Shown: positions 39,715-52,049, counted from the first letter of the stretch. The stretch: DNA of 64,000 nt from Vicinamibacteria bacterium (GCA_964291235.2 OZ219816.1:1152001-1216000); one strand, 5' to 3'. The notes: a model not told the origin generated them from the sequence alone. Translations and numbers: made by a program.

Positions 39715-40731
39715 CTACCCGGAGCGGGCGGGGTCTTTCTGGTAGCGGGACCGGATCCCGGGAATGAGATAGCGGGAAAAAAGTGTTTCCGCGTCGTACA
39801 CGGGATCGAAACGGAAATCCCGTCGGGCGGCCGCATCGTCCACCGCGGCCGGCCAGCTCGCGACAATTCGGTCCCGGGCTTCGTCGCGTTCGAAAAAGAC
39901 CGCCAATTCCGGAAAGTCCCGGGTGACGCGGGCGATGATCTCGGCGGCCGACAGGCTCGGGCCGCCCAGGTTGTAGGCGGTCCGGGTCAGCGCGCTCTTC
40001 TCGCACGACGCCAGACGAAGGATCCCCTCCACGGCGTCCGGCATTGCGCAAAAGGGCAGGCGGGCGCCGGGTTTGACAAAGCACCCGTACGGCTCTCCGC
40101 GGGCCGCCGCGTGGATGAGTTCGGGCGCCCAGTCGCTCGTGCCCCCCTGGGGCAGGGTGTCCGAGGAGATGAGCCCCGGAAGCCGCACCGCCCGGAAGTC
40201 CAGACCGCTGCTCCGGCGTTCCACGGTGGCGCCCAGCCGCTCGACGTAGAGCTTTTGGGCGCCATAGAGCGTCGCCGGGTCGAGCCAGTCGTCCTCACCG
40301 ACGGGTCCCGCGGCGTCCTTCGCCTCTTGGGACGGGAGGCCGTACACCGCGATCGAACTCGGAAAGACGAAGCGGATCGGATCTCCAGGCGTCGCGAGGT
40401 CCGCGGCCATGGCGACGACACGGGCGGCGCCGTCCGCGTTGACCTGGTGGGCGAGCACCGGAACCGACTCCGCGCGGGTGGAGAGGATCGCGGCGAGGTG
40501 GAAAATCCTGGACGGCCGGTAGCGCTCCAGGAGCGTTTCCCAAAGCGCGGGATCGAGGATATTGCCCTCGAAATGCTCCCGGTGAATTTCGGGATCCGCC
40601 CCGGAAAGGGGTCGGAGGTCCACGGTAACCACCGGTTCGCTTCGACCTTCGACGAGGCGGTGCAGAAGAGCCTGTCCGATCTCGCCGGCGGCTCCGGTGA
40701 TCAGAGTTGCCGAAATTCGTCCGGTGCTCAC
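39715..40731 (-). CDS. NAD-dependent epimerase/dehydratase (SDR-type L-threonine dehydrogenase-like)
   Basis: ITGAAGEIG, HLAAILS, PSSIAVYG, YGAQK, PGLIS..GGTSD, SWP. Confidence 0.85.
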   Translation of the reverse strand: MSTGRISATLITGAAGEIGQALLHRLVEGRSEPVVTVDLRPLSGADPEIHREHFEGNILDPALWETLLERYRPSRIFHLAAILSTRAESVPVLAHQVNADGAARVVAMAADLATPGDPIRFVFPSSIAVYGLPSQEAKDAAGPVGEDDWLDPATLYGAQKLYVERLGATVERRSSGLDFRAVRLPGLISSDTLPQGGTSDWAPELIHAAARGEPYGCFVKPGARLPFCAMPDAVEGILRLASCEKSALTRTAYNLGGPSLSAAEIIARVTRDFPELAVFFERDEARDRIVASWPAAVDDAAARRDFRFDPVYDAETLFSRYLIPGIRSRYQKDPARSG

Positions 40732-41480
40732 TTTGCGAAACCCGTGGCGGAAACGTGGTGGCCGAGTACGCGCAGCAGGAAGAACCGGATGTCGTGGATC
40801 TCCGGTTCCGACACCTGATGGGCCATCGGATACTCGTGGTACTCCACCGGCCAGCCCGCGCTTGCGAGGGTGCGCTGACTCATGGCGGCAAAATGGAGGG
40901 GGATCAGCGCATCGAAGGAACCATGGGCCTGGAAGATGGGCGTGGGCGGCTTCGGCGGAGGAGCGACTGAGTTGAACTCGGCGAGATAGGTGGAAAGGGC
41001 CAGGACTCCGGCAGCCCGAATCGGGGGCTCTCCCCCGGGGCCCGAACACGTCGCCGCCTGAAGAACCACCGCGCCGCCCTGCGAGAACCCCGCGAGCACC
41101 AGGCGTTCGGGGGGAATTCCCCGTGCCCGCTCGTGCTCCACCAGGGCCCGTACCCCGGCCACGGACTCGGCCAAGTGCTTTCGATTCACCCCCGCGTCAC
41201 GCCGCACGGACTCGATGTCGAACCAGGCACGCATCTCGGCGCCCCCGTTAATGGTCACCGGACGAACGGGCGCTTCCGGGAAGAGGAAACGGATTCCGAG
41301 CGAATCCGGCAGACGGAACGCGGGAACGATCGGCTCGAAGTCGTGTCCGTCGGCGCCGAGCCCGTGAAGCCAGATGACGGTGGCTCGATGCTCCCCCGCA
41401 GGCGGCAGTTCGACGATGCTCCACGGTGGGGTGGCATCCGCGAGAGGGCCACTGGGGGGCCGTGTGGCTGGCTCGGGCAC
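40728..41480 (-). CDS. Carboxylesterase/phospholipase (alpha/beta hydrolase)
   Basis: WLHGLGADGHDF, PVTINGG..RAWFD, GFSQGG, HGSFD, MAH. Confidence 0.92.
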   Translation of the reverse strand: MPEPATRPPSGPLADATPPWSIVELPPAGEHRATVIWLHGLGADGHDFEPIVPAFRLPDSLGIRFLFPEAPVRPVTINGGAEMRAWFDIESVRRDAGVNRKHLAESVAGVRALVEHERARGIPPERLVLAGFSQGGAVVLQAATCSGPGGEPPIRAAGVLALSTYLAEFNSVAPPPKPPTPIFQAHGSFDALIPLHFAAMSQRTLASAGWPVEYHEYPMAHQVSEPEIHDIRFFLLRVLGHHVSATGFAK

Positions 41481-41485
41481 GCGGG

Positions 41486-44400
41486 TCAGAATTGCTCCTC
41501 CAGCACGTATTCGAGAACCTCCAGGTAGTGGGCGGCGTCGGCGGGAGAAAAGGCCAGCGGCGGTTTCAATTTGATGACGTTGGCGTCTGGGCCGTCGGTG
41601 CTGTTCAGGACTCGAAAATCGCGGAGGCGATTCACGAGGCGAGTCGCTTCGGCAGCGGCGGGCTCTCGAGTACCGGGATCCCGCACCAGTTCAAACCCGA
41701 GAAACAGTCCGCGCCCCCGGACCTGACCGAGAATAGGGTAGCGGTTCTGAAGGTGCTTTAGCCCCTTCAGGAGAGTGTCGCCGACCGCTCCGGCGTGCTC
41801 CGCGAGGCGTTCCTCACGGATGACGTCGAGGACCGCGAGGCCGGCAGCGCAGGAAACCGGATTCCCGCCGAAGGTGTTGAAGTACTCCATGCCGTTGTCG
41901 AAGGAAGCAGCGAGTTCGCGTGTGGTGACCACCGCCCCGAGAGGATGTCCGTTGCCGGCGGGTTTCCCGAGGGTCACGATGTCCGGCCACACCGCCGGCT
42001 TGCCGCGCTGGACGTCGAGGAACGCCCAGAAATCGGGGCCCACCCGCCCGAAACCGGTCTGCACTTCATCTGCCACGATGAGTCCTCCAGCGTTCCGGAC
42101 GGCTTGGTAGAGCGCTCGCACATAGCCGGGAGGCGGCACGATCTGGCCACCGCAGCTCAGGATGGCTTCGCTGATGAGGGTGGCCGGTCCAAGTTCGCCC
42201 ACCCGGGTTGCGGCATCGGTCGTCAGGGCAGCGGCGAAATCGGGGCCGCTGTCGCGAAAGCGACCGCGGAAACCATCCGGCATGGGCAGCCGATGCAACC
42301 AGGCAGGCCCCGGGCGTCCGCCCTTGCCATCGAGCTTGTATGGGCTGACCTCGATCAGCGAGGTCAGGTTGCCGTGATAACCGCCGTCGAAGACCAGGGT
42401 TTCCCGCCGCCCCAGGTGGGTGCGCGCGATACGGAGCGCCAGGTCGTTCGCCTCGCTTCCGGAGTTCGTGAGGAAGACCACCTCAAGGGGGGCGGGAAGG
42501 GTCGCCGCAAGACGCCCGGCATAGTCGGTGAGGTTTCGATAGAGATAGCGGGTGTTCGTGTTGAGAAGCTGCGCCTGTGCCCGGATCGCCTCGACCACCC
42601 GGGGATGGGCGTGTCCGACGTGACAGACGTTGTTGACCATGTCGAGGAAATCACGGCCCTCCTGGTCGTAGAGGCGGGCGCCGCGTCCGCGCACGACCTG
42701 TATGGGGGATTCATAGGACAGGCTGAGTGCTCCGGAGATGTGCCGCTTCCGGAGCTTCAGGAGACGGTCGGTTTCATCGGCCCCGAGATCCTTCACGGTC
42801 GCGGCGGCGGCATCGTCGTCAAGCCCCAGGAAGCCGGTGGGATCGGGGCTGAGCGCCGCGAGTACGGGAGCGTCGCGTCCGGTGCTCCGGCGGGGAGGAG
42901 ATCCCCCGAAGTCGTCGGTAGTCACCTGAAAGCTCAGGCGTGCGGGCCGTTCGGGCGTGGTGAAGGCCATGAGCCGGCCGAAGACGGCTCCCCGGGACAG
43001 CTCGTCGCCCGGACGTAGCGACGACAGGCACGTCGCGTCGAGATGGCGGTAGACCGTCCAGAAGGACTCGCCGTTCCACCGGTGGCGAAGGCCGACCGAG
43101 GCGCCGCTTTCCTCATCGCCGCCGTTACTGCCGCTGGCCCACGCCACCCGGGCATCCAGCGGGGCCCGTACGGAGGTTCCGGCGGCGCGGAACACTTCGG
43201 CGTCCAACTGGCGGGTGGCCGGCTCAACGCCTGGCGGGCGGAACCGTGGACCGGAGGTTGCTTCGGCGCAGCGCGGCTCGAGATAGCGTCCGACTGCTGC
43301 CCCGCCGTCTTGGGTCGCCGCGGCAACGACCTTCTCGATGCTGTGCGTGACGCAGGCCGGATCCACCTTGGGACTGACGGGGGAAAGGTCCAGGATGCGG
43401 ACCCGGCCGTCGAGCGAGATCGGCGGAATGGCGTTTGCCGCGGCCTGGCGAATGGCGGCGTGTCGGGTTTCCAGGTTGTGTCGGGGGGCGTGGCCGGCGG
43501 CCATTCGGAAACGCCCGCGGGTCAACTCGGGCGCTTCCGAGTCGAGGGCTGCGAGGAACCGCCAGATGCCGGCCTCGCTCGTCATGAGATACGCCTCCCG
43601 GTCCGCCCCCGGCACATGCTTCCGGCGGAGGGCGGCAACGCCGGCGCTCACCAAAGCCCTTAGCGCGACCGCGGTCCGGAAGGCGTCGGCCTCCTCCTCG
43701 TCCACCGGCCGTTCACGGGCAAAACCGGCGAGTACGGTGGCCGCGGCCCGGAGCGGCTCCACGGCGGCGGCTGCGACATAGACGGCTGCGGTGGCGGCTT
43801 CGATGATTGCCGGCGCCCGGAGTGCGTCGCCGAAATCGAGCAGTGCGAGATCGTCGGGGGACGCTGATTCCGGCTCCGCCTCGAGGAGGAGCACGTTGTC
43901 GTCATTGGCGTCGTTGTGAAGCGCGGTGTCGGGTAGTTCGAAGAGCCGCGGCATCCGGCTCCGGATCGAGTCGCCGACTCGGCGGTAGAGCTCGCCGGCC
44001 TCCCCTTCGGGCAACACCTCCACGGCCGCTTCCATCACGGCAACGGCGTGAGCCGGGTCCCAGGGGAGCTCCTGATGGTTCAGGCCGGGATGATCAAACC
44101 CGGCAAGCGCCCGCTGCAAGCGCCCCAGCAGGCGTCCGACGGACTCCAGCAGAACTGGCGGGCGGCGGCGGAATGCCGAGAGGGGCCGGCCACGGACAAA
44201 GGGCAGGAGGCGGACCAGGTGCTCACCGCCCCGGAAGGGGCAGGCGACGAGATGTTGCCCGCCGGCGGGCACGCTCTCCGAGAGATTCAGGCCGGGATCG
44301 CGGGCGCGGGCGTGCCGGGCCATGCGGAGCTGCATATCCACCCGGGATCGATCCTCGGCGCGGCTGCTGATCTTCAGGACGAACCGGGCGCCCTGACCGT

Positions 44401-44560
44401 CCTCCAGCAGAAAGTTGCGGTCGCGCTCCCCGGGAAGCGGGGTTGCGGTGGCTTTGATCCCCCACTGGGCCAGGGCCACCGCGGCTGCCTCCCCGGGTTC
44501 CACCCGCGGCCGGGTCGCCAGGGGATCGAGAGCGAACGGAAGCGGTTCCGCGGGCGGCAT
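41486..44560 (-). CDS. Fusion: APH-like (hydroxylysine kinase-type) phosphotransferase, degenerate M23 domain and class III aminotransferase/phospho-lyase
   Basis: [19 protein letters not shown]; [13 protein letters not shown]; [45 protein letters not shown]. Confidence 0.88.
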   Translation of the reverse strand: MPPAEPLPFALDPLATRPRVEPGEAAAVALAQWGIKATATPLPGERDRNFLLEDGQGARFVLKISSRAEDRSRVDMQLRMARHARARDPGLNLSESVPAGGQHLVACPFRGGEHLVRLLPFVRGRPLSAFRRRPPVLLESVGRLLGRLQRALAGFDHPGLNHQELPWDPAHAVAVMEAAVEVLPEGEAGELYRRVGDSIRSRMPRLFELPDTALHNDANDDNVLLLEAEPESASPDDLALLDFGDALRAPAIIEAATAAVYVAAAAVEPLRAAATVLAGFARERPVDEEEADAFRTAVALRALVSAGVAALRRKHVPGADREAYLMTSEAGIWRFLAALDSEAPELTRGRFRMAAGHAPRHNLETRHAAIRQAAANAIPPISLDGRVRILDLSPVSPKVDPACVTHSIEKVVAAATQDGGAAVGRYLEPRCAEATSGPRFRPPGVEPATRQLDAEVFRAAGTSVRAPLDARVAWASGSNGGDEESGASVGLRHRWNGESFWTVYRHLDATCLSSLRPGDELSRGAVFGRLMAFTTPERPARLSFQVTTDDFGGSPPRRSTGRDAPVLAALSPDPTGFLGLDDDAAAATVKDLGADETDRLLKLRKRHISGALSLSYESPIQVVRGRGARLYDQEGRDFLDMVNNVCHVGHAHPRVVEAIRAQAQLLNTNTRYLYRNLTDYAGRLAATLPAPLEVVFLTNSGSEANDLALRIARTHLGRRETLVFDGGYHGNLTSLIEVSPYKLDGKGGRPGPAWLHRLPMPDGFRGRFRDSGPDFAAALTTDAATRVGELGPATLISEAILSCGGQIVPPPGYVRALYQAVRNAGGLIVADEVQTGFGRVGPDFWAFLDVQRGKPAVWPDIVTLGKPAGNGHPLGAVVTTRELAASFDNGMEYFNTFGGNPVSCAAGLAVLDVIREERLAEHAGAVGDTLLKGLKHLQNRYPILGQVRGRGLFLGFELVRDPGTREPAAAEATRLVNRLRDFRVLNSTDGPDANVIKLKPPLAFSPADAAHYLEVLEYVLEEQF

Positions 44561-44568
44561 ATCGGGGA

Positions 44569-45942
44569 TCAGCGGAGCAGAAGCCGAAGCAGGCCGAGCC
44601 GGTTTCGATACGGGGGATACCGCACCGGGGGATCCAGCCAGGTTGCCGCGTTCAGGACTGCCCGCGAATGGGACAGCAGATCGAAGCCATGGACCCCGTG
44701 ATAGTTGCCGTGGCCGCTCTTGCCGACGCCGCCGAAGGGCAGGGCGGGATTGGCGCACTGGACAACGGCGTCGTTCGTAACGAGGGCTCCCGAGCGCAGT
44801 GCCGAGGCGGCTCGCCGAACCGGCTCCCGCCGCCGGGAAAATACGTAGAGCGCTAGGGGATCCGGGTGCATGCCGATCTCTTCGAGTGCTTCGTCGAAAT
44901 CGCGATAGGGAAGCAGCGGCAGAATGGGCCCGAAGATTTCCTCCCGCGCGGCCGGGTGCTCCGCGGGCCAGGGGCCCGTGATGGTGGGGCCGAAGTAGAG
45001 GCGCTCGAGGTCCCGGTCGCCGCCCTTCAGGAGCCGGAGTCCGGTCAACAGTCCTTCGAGGCGCTGGAAATGATCCCGGTGGACGATCCTGCCGTAATCG
45101 GGACTCCGGGCCGGTGCTCCCCCATAGAAGCGGTCCAGGTTTCGGCCCAGCATCTGGACGAACTCGTCGAAGCGTTCCTCGGGAACAAGCACGAAATCGG
45201 GTGCGACACAGGTCTGCCCGGCGTTGAGGAACTTCGCCCAGGCAAGTCGGCGCGCCGCGACTCGCAGGTTCGCGCTCCGGTCCAGGATCGCCGGACACTT
45301 GCCTCCCAACTCAAGAGTGACGGGTGTCAGACAACGTCCGGCCGCTTCCGCGACGAGGGCTCCCACCCGCCGGCTGCCAGTGAAGAGAACGTGGTCGAAC
45401 CCCTGCGTGACGAGTTCCCGAGCGGTGTCGGGTCCCCCTTCGACGACCTGGACGAGTCCGGGCGGCAGCGCGGGGGGCACCAGTTCGGCCAGCTTGCGGG
45501 CGGTCGCCGGAGCGTGCTCGGACGGTTTGATGATCACCGCGTTCCCGGCCGCGATGGCGGCGACGGCCGGCGCCAGCGTCAACTGCAGGGGGTAGTTCCA
45601 CGGGGCGATGACGAGGACCGCTCCGACCGGGGCCGGCTCAACGCGGCTGAGCGCCGGCATGACGGCCAGTGGGGTCCCCACTCGGCGCGAACGCATCCAT
45701 CGCCGCAGGTGACGCCTGGCGTGACGAATCTCCGCGAGGACCAGGCCCGTCTGGGTGGCCCAGGTCTCAAACGCCGGTGCCCCGAGATCGTCGCGCAGCG
45801 CGTTTTCCCAGGTGCGCCGCTGGTCGCGGAGGAGCCCCGCGAGCGTTCCCAGCGCCTCGCTGCGAAACGCCCTGGACGCGGTTTTCCCCGACGCCACCAG
45901 GCGGCGCGCCCGCTCGCGGACCTCTGGCACGTCTTTGTTCAC
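44569..45942 (-). CDS. Aldehyde dehydrogenase (ALDH3-like)
   Basis: IAPWNYP, KPSE, FTGS, LELGGKCP, NAGQTCVAPD, EEIFGP, PFGGVGKSG; GTG start inferred. Confidence 0.93.
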   Translation of the reverse strand: MNKDVPEVRERARRLVASGKTASRAFRSEALGTLAGLLRDQRRTWENALRDDLGAPAFETWATQTGLVLAEIRHARRHLRRWMRSRRVGTPLAVMPALSRVEPAPVGAVLVIAPWNYPLQLTLAPAVAAIAAGNAVIIKPSEHAPATARKLAELVPPALPPGLVQVVEGGPDTARELVTQGFDHVLFTGSRRVGALVAEAAGRCLTPVTLELGGKCPAILDRSANLRVAARRLAWAKFLNAGQTCVAPDFVLVPEERFDEFVQMLGRNLDRFYGGAPARSPDYGRIVHRDHFQRLEGLLTGLRLLKGGDRDLERLYFGPTITGPWPAEHPAAREEIFGPILPLLPYRDFDEALEEIGMHPDPLALYVFSRRREPVRRAASALRSGALVTNDAVVQCANPALPFGGVGKSGHGNYHGVHGFDLLSHSRAVLNAATWLDPPVRYPPYRNRLGLLRLLLR

Positions 45943-46047
45943 AGGCGGCGCGAGTATACGGAGCGGCGCCTTCCGGATCGCGACCCTGGGGCCCGAGGCC
46001 GCTAGCAGCCGCTGGATACACTTCGCGGACGCGAACGACCGACCGCG

Positions 46048-46689
46048 ATGCGATTTCTCGAACCCACGCTGCCTTCGCCCGCGACCGCTCTGGATGGGCG
46101 GGCCGAAGCGATACCGATACCCGAGAAACACTTCGTTCTCAAGACTCCGCTGGCGCCGCCGTGGCCCGCGGGAATGGCGGAAGCCGTGTTCGGGATGGGT
46201 TGTTTCTGGGGTGCGGAACGGCTCTTCTGGACTGCCGCGGGCGTTTACACCACGGCCGTCGGGTATGCGGGCGGCCTGACCCCGAACCCCAGCTACCGCG
46301 AGGTCTGCACCGGCCGTACCGGGCACGCCGAGGTCGTTCGGGTGGTGTTCGATCCAGGCCGGACGTCGTACGAGAGGCTCCTTCAAGTCTTCTGGGAAAA
46401 CCATGATCCGACGCAGGGGATGCGCCAGGGCAACGATGTCGGGACCCAGTACCGATCCGCGATCTACGCCATCGGGATGGAGCAGCGTCGCGCGGCGCTG
46501 CGGGCCAGGGATGCCTACCGGGAGCGTCTCGGAATGGCGGGATACGGAGACATCACCACGGAGATCCGGGAGGCGCCGGTCTTTTACTACGCCGAGGACT
46601 ACCACCAGCAATACCTCGCGAAGAACCCGAGCGGCTACTGCGGCATCGGCGGTACCGGGGTTTCCTGCCCGACCGGCATCTCCGCCTGA
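46048..46689 (+). CDS. msrA: Peptide methionine sulfoxide reductase A
   Basis: [41 protein letters not shown]. Confidence 0.97.
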   Translation: MRFLEPTLPSPATALDGRAEAIPIPEKHFVLKTPLAPPWPAGMAEAVFGMGCFWGAERLFWTAAGVYTTAVGYAGGLTPNPSYREVCTGRTGHAEVVRVVFDPGRTSYERLLQVFWENHDPTQGMRQGNDVGTQYRSAIYAIGMEQRRAALRARDAYRERLGMAGYGDITTEIREAPVFYYAEDYHQQYLAKNPSGYCGIGGTGVSCPTGISA

Positions 46690-46696
46690 CTCTCCG

Positions 46697-47068
46697 GTGG
46701 CGGACAACGCTCCGAAGACAGCGGCCGAGAAAGCCGCGGCGCTCGCTCTGGACCGCGTGGAACGTCACATCTTCCTGTGTGCCGATGCGGACCAACCCAA
46801 GTGCTGCGACCCGCCCCGCGGCTGCGAGAGCTGGCTCTACCTCAAACGCCGCCTGGAGGAACTGGGGCTCGCCAACGGCCCGGCGGGAGGGCGGGTGGCG
46901 CGCAGCAAGGCGAACTGCCTCCGCGTCTGCGCCGAAGGCCCGATCGCCGTGGTGTACCCCGAGGGCGTCTGGTACTCGGGGATGACGCCGGAAGCCATCG
47001 AGGAGGTCATCCAGAGCCACCTGATCGGGGGAAGACCCGTCGAGAAATACCGCATCCCCAACAGTTGA
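46697..47068 (+). CDS. Thioredoxin-like [2Fe-2S] ferredoxin
   Basis: RHIFLC..KCC, RSKANCLRVCAEGPIAVVYPEGVWY, HLIGG. Confidence 0.88.
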   Translation: MADNAPKTAAEKAAALALDRVERHIFLCADADQPKCCDPPRGCESWLYLKRRLEELGLANGPAGGRVARSKANCLRVCAEGPIAVVYPEGVWYSGMTPEAIEEVIQSHLIGGRPVEKYRIPNS

Positions 47069-47089
47069 CGCTCCGGGGACGGGCGCCGG

Positions 47090-50000
47090 CTACGCCAGGT
47101 AGCGGCGGAGCAGACGTTCCGCTTCGCTGGTAGCGATTCCACGGCGGCGGGCGTAGTCCTCCAGTTGATCGCGGCCGACGGCGCCGATCGAGAAGTAACG
47201 TGATTCAGGGCTTGCGAAGTAGAAGCCGGCGACCGAGGCCGCCGGGAGGATCGCGAAGCTCTCGGTGAGCTGGACTCCAATCGCCTGCTCGGCATCGAGC
47301 AGACGGAATACCTCTTCCAGCATGCCGATATCCGGCGTCGCCGGATATCCCGGGGCGGGGCGGATTCCGCGGTAACGCCCGCGGATCAGATCCTGATGCG
47401 TCAGATCGTCCGCCTTCTCGTAGCCCAACTCGCAGCGAGCGCGCCGGTGGAGCCACTCGGCGAGCGCCTCGGCAAGTCGGTCCCCGAGTGAGCGCAGCAA
47501 GAGGGCTTCGTAGTCGTCGCCTGCTCTCTCGGCAGCCTCGACGAGTTCGGCCAACCCGTGGCCGGCAGTCACGGCGAACGCCCCCAGGACATCGGCTCCG
47601 GCGCCTGACGACGGCCCCTCGGCCGCCCGGTTCAGAAAATCGGACACCGCGAGGCGCGGCCCCGGGCGGTCTTCCTGTTGCCGGAGCGTTGGGAGCCGGG
47701 TCAGCGGCGGATCCTCAGGCCGTCCGGGGCGCCAGATGAGAATGTCGTCGCCCTCGCTCGCCGCGGGGAAAAACCCATAGACGGCCGTTGGCCTCAGGGC
47801 TCGCTGCTGGGCCAGTTCCTCCAGTTTGCGGAGGGCGTTGTCGAGGAGTTCCCGAGCCTGAGCGCCGGTGGGTTCTTGCTCAATCAGCGCGGGGAAGGCG
47901 CCGCGGAACTCCCAGGCATGGAAGAACGGGGTCCAGTCCACGTACGGAATCAAGTCCCGGATGGGGACGTTCGGGATCACGCGGCAACCCCAAAAAGGCG
48001 GCTCGATCCGCTCCGTTACGCCAAACCTGGGGGCGCGGCGACGGGCGGCGGCAAGCGCGAGGAGTTTCGGACGCCGGCGGTCCGTGCGATGTCGCTCACG
48101 CTCCTGGGCATCGCGGTTGTCCTCCAAAAAGGCGGCCGAGGCCGTCCCCAGGAGAGCCCGGACGACCCCCGAGGTACGCGAGGCATCGGCCACGTGAACA
48201 ACCGGGCCCGAGCGGGCGGGGGCGATGCGGAGCGCGGTATGGCGGGATGAGGTCGTTGCACCGCCGATCAACAGCGGCAAGGAGACGCCGCGGCGCTCCA
48301 TCTCCGCGGCGAAGCGCTCCATCTCGTCGAGAGACGGGGTGATGAGTCCGGAGAGGCCGATCAGGTCGGCGCCCCCTTCGGCGGCGGTGTCGAGAATCCG
48401 GTCGGCGGGCACCATGACGCCGAGGTCTTCCACCTGGTACCCGTTACAGGCCAGCACGATCCCCACGATGCTCTTCCCGATGTCGTGGACGTCGCCCTTC
48501 ACGGTAGCCAGAACGATCTTCTCCCGAGGGCTGCCGGCCTCCTCCGACTCCATGTACGGCTCCAGGACCGCGACCGCCCTCTTCATCACCCGCGCGCTCT
48601 TGACGACCTGCGGAAGGAACATTCTTCCGTCCCCGAAGCGGTCGCCGACGACGCGCATTCCGTCCATGAGCGGGCCCTCGATGACTTCGAGGGCAGAGGC
48701 CATCTGGCGCCGCGCCTCGTCGGCGTCCCGTTCGACGAATTCGAGCACGCCGTTGACCACTGCGTGAGCGAGTCGCTCCCCGACGGGCCGGCGACGCCAG
48801 GAATCGTCGGTCAGGGAAGTTCTTCGCTCCGCGCGGGCGGCGCCAGCCACCTCGAGCAAGCGATCGGTCGCGTCGCCGCGCCGCGCGAGCACCACGTCTT
48901 CGACCCGCTCGCGCAGCGATGGCTCGATCTCGTCGTAAACGGGGAGCCGTCCGGCATTCACGATCCCCATGTCGAGTCCCGCGGCGATGGCGTGGTGCAA
49001 GAAGACGGCGTTCATGGCCTGTCGCACTCCCTCGTTGCCGCGAAACGCGAAGGAGAGATTCGAAATGCCTCCCGAGACGAGCGACCCGGGACACGCTGCC
49101 CGGATTCGCGGAATCGCCTCGAGGAACTCGACGGCGTAACGGTCGTGTTCGGGAATTCCCGTGGCCACGGCGAGGACGTTCGGGTCGAAGATGATGTCCT
49201 CGGGGAAAAAGCCGGCGGCTTCGGTCAGCAGGCGATAGGCGCGGGCACAGATGGCCGTCTTGCGGGCCGCATCCACCGCCTGGCCCTCCTCGTCGAAGGC
49301 CATCACGATGACCGCCGCCCCGAAGCGGCGAATCCGGCGGGCGGCGGCCACGAAAGCCTCCTCTCCGTCCTTCAAGGAAAGCGAGTTGACCACCCCCTTG
49401 CCGGGAAGACAGCGGAGGCCGGCCTCGATGACGTCGATCCGGGAGCTGTCCACGATGATCGGAAGCCGGGCGATGTCCGGCTCCATGGCGATGAGGTTCA
49501 GGAACCGGCTCATCACGTTCGCGGAATCGAGCAGCCCCTCGTCCATGTTGACGTCGAGCAGGTTGGCGCCGCCCTCCACCTGGTCGCGCGCCACCCCCAC
49601 GGCGGCCTCGAAGCGCTCCTCCCGAATGAGCCGGGCGAAACGGCGGGAGCCGGTGACGTTGGTGCGCTCGCCCACGATCAGAAACGCCGATGCCGGCCGC
49701 ACCAGCGGTTCGGTCCCGGCGAGTTGCAGCGCCCGAGAGGATTCGGGGACGCGGCGCGGCCGTGCTCCGGCCACCGAGCTACGAATCTGCCGGATGTGCT
49801 CCGGCGTTGTGCCGCAGCAGCCGCCAACGAAGTTGACGAGCCCGGCCGCTGCAAGTTCACCGAGGGCCGCCCCGGTGATCTCCGGAGCCTCGTCATAGCC
49901 GCCGAGATCGTTCGGAAGGCCGGCGTTCGGGACTGCCCCCACCGGCACCGGAGCGAGACGCGCGAGGGTCGCCACGATGGGGCGCATCGCTTCGGCGCCG

Positions 50001-50740
50001 ATCGAGCAGTTCGCCCCCACCGCCGTCACCTCCGCGTGGGCGACGGACACCCAGAAGGCCTCGGAGTCCTGACCGGTGAGATTGCGCCCTCCCTGGTCCA
50101 CGGAGGTAAAGGAAACGAGAAGGCCGGGGTCTCCCGGCGCCTCGGCAATGGCTTCCCGGGCGGCGTCGAGGGCCGCTTTGGCATTCAGGGTGTCGAAGCA
50201 CGTTTCGACAAGGAGCAGGTCGGCGCCGCCCGCGAGGAGTCCCGCCGCCTGCTCGCGGTATGCCGAGCGCAACTCGTCCCAGGTCACGGCCCGGAAAGCT
50301 GGATCCGAGACGGTGGGTGAGACGCTCAGGGTCCGGTTGGTGGGCCCCATGGAGCCCAGGACGAAGCAGGGCCGACCGGCGGCGTCGGCGGCGCGGCGGG
50401 CCGCCTCCGCCCCCAGGCGGTTGAGCTCGAAGCTGCGATCTTCGAGCCCGTAGTCCAGCAGCGATATGGCGTTCGCGTTGAACGTATTGGTGGTGAGCGC
50501 TTCCGCGCCGGCATCCAGGTAGAGCTCATGCACCTTCTGGATCAGCTCTGGACGGGTCAGCGACAGCACGTCGTGAAGTCCCTGGAGCGGCTTCGTATGG
50601 CCGCGGAGCCGTTGGCCCCGAAAGCCGGCTTCGTCGAGGCGCTCCGCCTGCAGCATCGTTCCGATGGCGCCGTCGAACACGAGGACGCGCTCGGAAAGCG
50701 CCCTCAGGAAGCCCGGTCGGCCCAGCCGCGGTGCGGTCAT
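47090..50740 (-). CDS. metH: B12-dependent methionine synthase
   Basis: [48 protein letters not shown]. Confidence 0.97.
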   Translation of the reverse strand: MTAPRLGRPGFLRALSERVLVFDGAIGTMLQAERLDEAGFRGQRLRGHTKPLQGLHDVLSLTRPELIQKVHELYLDAGAEALTTNTFNANAISLLDYGLEDRSFELNRLGAEAARRAADAAGRPCFVLGSMGPTNRTLSVSPTVSDPAFRAVTWDELRSAYREQAAGLLAGGADLLLVETCFDTLNAKAALDAAREAIAEAPGDPGLLVSFTSVDQGGRNLTGQDSEAFWVSVAHAEVTAVGANCSIGAEAMRPIVATLARLAPVPVGAVPNAGLPNDLGGYDEAPEITGAALGELAAAGLVNFVGGCCGTTPEHIRQIRSSVAGARPRRVPESSRALQLAGTEPLVRPASAFLIVGERTNVTGSRRFARLIREERFEAAVGVARDQVEGGANLLDVNMDEGLLDSANVMSRFLNLIAMEPDIARLPIIVDSSRIDVIEAGLRCLPGKGVVNSLSLKDGEEAFVAAARRIRRFGAAVIVMAFDEEGQAVDAARKTAICARAYRLLTEAAGFFPEDIIFDPNVLAVATGIPEHDRYAVEFLEAIPRIRAACPGSLVSGGISNLSFAFRGNEGVRQAMNAVFLHHAIAAGLDMGIVNAGRLPVYDEIEPSLRERVEDVVLARRGDATDRLLEVAGAARAERRTSLTDDSWRRRPVGERLAHAVVNGVLEFVERDADEARRQMASALEVIEGPLMDGMRVVGDRFGDGRMFLPQVVKSARVMKRAVAVLEPYMESEEAGSPREKIVLATVKGDVHDIGKSIVGIVLACNGYQVEDLGVMVPADRILDTAAEGGADLIGLSGLITPSLDEMERFAAEMERRGVSLPLLIGGATTSSRHTALRIAPARSGPVVHVADASRTSGVVRALLGTASAAFLEDNRDAQERERHRTDRRRPKLLALAAARRRAPRFGVTERIEPPFWGCRVIPNVPIRDLIPYVDWTPFFHAWEFRGAFPALIEQEPTGAQARELLDNALRKLEELAQQRALRPTAVYGFFPAASEGDDILIWRPGRPEDPPLTRLPTLRQQEDRPGPRLAVSDFLNRAAEGPSSGAGADVLGAFAVTAGHGLAELVEAAERAGDDYEALLLRSLGDRLAEALAEWLHRRARCELGYEKADDLTHQDLIRGRYRGIRPAPGYPATPDIGMLEEVFRLLDAEQAIGVQLTESFAILPAASVAGFYFASPESRYFSIGAVGRDQLEDYARRRGIATSEAERLLRRYLA

Positions 50741-50825
50741 AAAGCACCGGAAGTCTAGGAGTCCGCCCGGGGCGGCGTTCGGCTGCCGGTACCATGGACT
50801 CCACTTCAGTCCGCGAGACCCGCAA

Positions 50826-52049
50826 ATGCCGCTTCATATCCAGGTCGTCCTCGGCGCGGTCGGCGGTGTGCTGGCCGGGATACTCCTCGGCGAGCAGGCC
50901 GCGGTCCTGCAGCCGATCGCGGATCTGTTCGTGCGTCTGCTGCGGATGATCATCGCACCGCTGATCTTCGTCACCCTGGCCCTCGCGTTGACCAGGACCG
51001 GGGGCAAAGGTACGGGCAGGATTGGCGTCCGGGCGATTGCCTACAACCTGAGCACGCTGGCGGTGGCGTTGGCGGTCGGTATCGGAATCGCCGTCTGGCT
51101 CGGTCCGGGACGGGGAGTGGACATCTCCGCCCTGGGTGGCGCCGAGGAATCCGCGGGGGTGGCTGCGGGGCAGGCGCGCTCCATCATGGACATCCTGGTG
51201 GGAATCGTGCCCACAAACGTCGTCGGCGCCTTCGCCGAAGCCGAGGTCCTTCAGGTTCTGTTCCTCGCGATCCTGTTCGGGGTAGCCGTAAACGCGCTCG
51301 GCAGCGAACGCGTCAGGCCGCTGATCGACGTGCTGCAGGCGGTCAACGACGTGCTGTACCGGGTCGTGCACTGGGTGGTCTTGCTGGCGCCCGCCGGGGT
51401 GTTCGCGATCCTGGCGGCCGTCGTGGGGCAATCCGGACTGAACATCCTGGGGACGCTCTTCTGGTATGTCCTGGTGTGTCTCATCGCGACGCTGGTGCAC
51501 GTCGGCGGGGTTCATGCGCTGCTCCTCCGCGTTTGGGCTCGCCAGCCTCTGGGGACGCTGTTGCGCGCGTTGCGCGAACCGCTCCCCATCGCTTTCGCCT
51601 CGGTCTCGACTGCCGCGGCGCTTCCGGTCTCCATGGCCGCGGTCCCCCGCGAGACGGGAATCTCCGAGAAGGTCGCGGGGTTTGTGTTGCCGTTGGGCGC
51701 CGCGGCGGGACGAGACTCGAGCGGGATCTATCAGGTCGTCTCGGTCGTGGCCATCGCGCAATTGGTGGGCCGTACCCTCGACCCGGGCGAGTTGGTGCTC
51801 CTTTGGGTGACCGCCATCCTGAGTTCGCTGGCGGTTTCCGGTGTTCCCGCCGCCAGCTTCGTGAATCTCACGATCCTCCTCGGGGCGCTGGGGCTGCCGG
51901 TGACGCTCTCGGCGCTGGTGCTGGCCGTCGAGCGTCCGCTGGATCACCTGCGGACGAGCGGAAACCTGATCGGTCAGATCTCGAATGCGATTTTCACCGG
52001 AGCCACGACCGGGGAAATGGATTCACGAGAAGCGCAACCCGGCGAATGA
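50826..52049 (+). CDS. Dicarboxylate/amino acid:cation symporter (DAACS/GltP family), atypical motifs
   Basis: [47 protein letters not shown]. Confidence 0.88.
   Translation: MPLHIQVVLGAVGGVLAGILLGEQAAVLQPIADLFVRLLRMIIAPLIFVTLALALTRTGGKGTGRIGVRAIAYNLSTLAVALAVGIGIAVWLGPGRGVDISALGGAEESAGVAAGQARSIMDILVGIVPTNVVGAFAEAEVLQVLFLAILFGVAVNALGSERVRPLIDVLQAVNDVLYRVVHWVVLLAPAGVFAILAAVVGQSGLNILGTLFWYVLVCLIATLVHVGGVHALLLRVWARQPLGTLLRALREPLPIAFASVSTAAALPVSMAAVPRETGISEKVAGFVLPLGAAAGRDSSGIYQVVSVVAIAQLVGRTLDPGELVLLWVTAILSSLAVSGVPAASFVNLTILLGALGLPVTLSALVLAVERPLDHLRTSGNLIGQISNAIFTGATTGEMDSREAQPGE

Noticed and set aside
44561-45298. N-terminal extension of the 1270-aa ORF (and similar extensions of ALDH, leuC, coaE and accB)
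   Set aside because: Overlaps neighbouring real genes; starts were reassigned downstream
48485-50320. 611-aa plus-strand ORF (likewise 3576-5300, 33780-35576, 53123-54823, 58391-60583)
   Set aside because: Each lies opposite a well-supported gene; expected from GC3 bias
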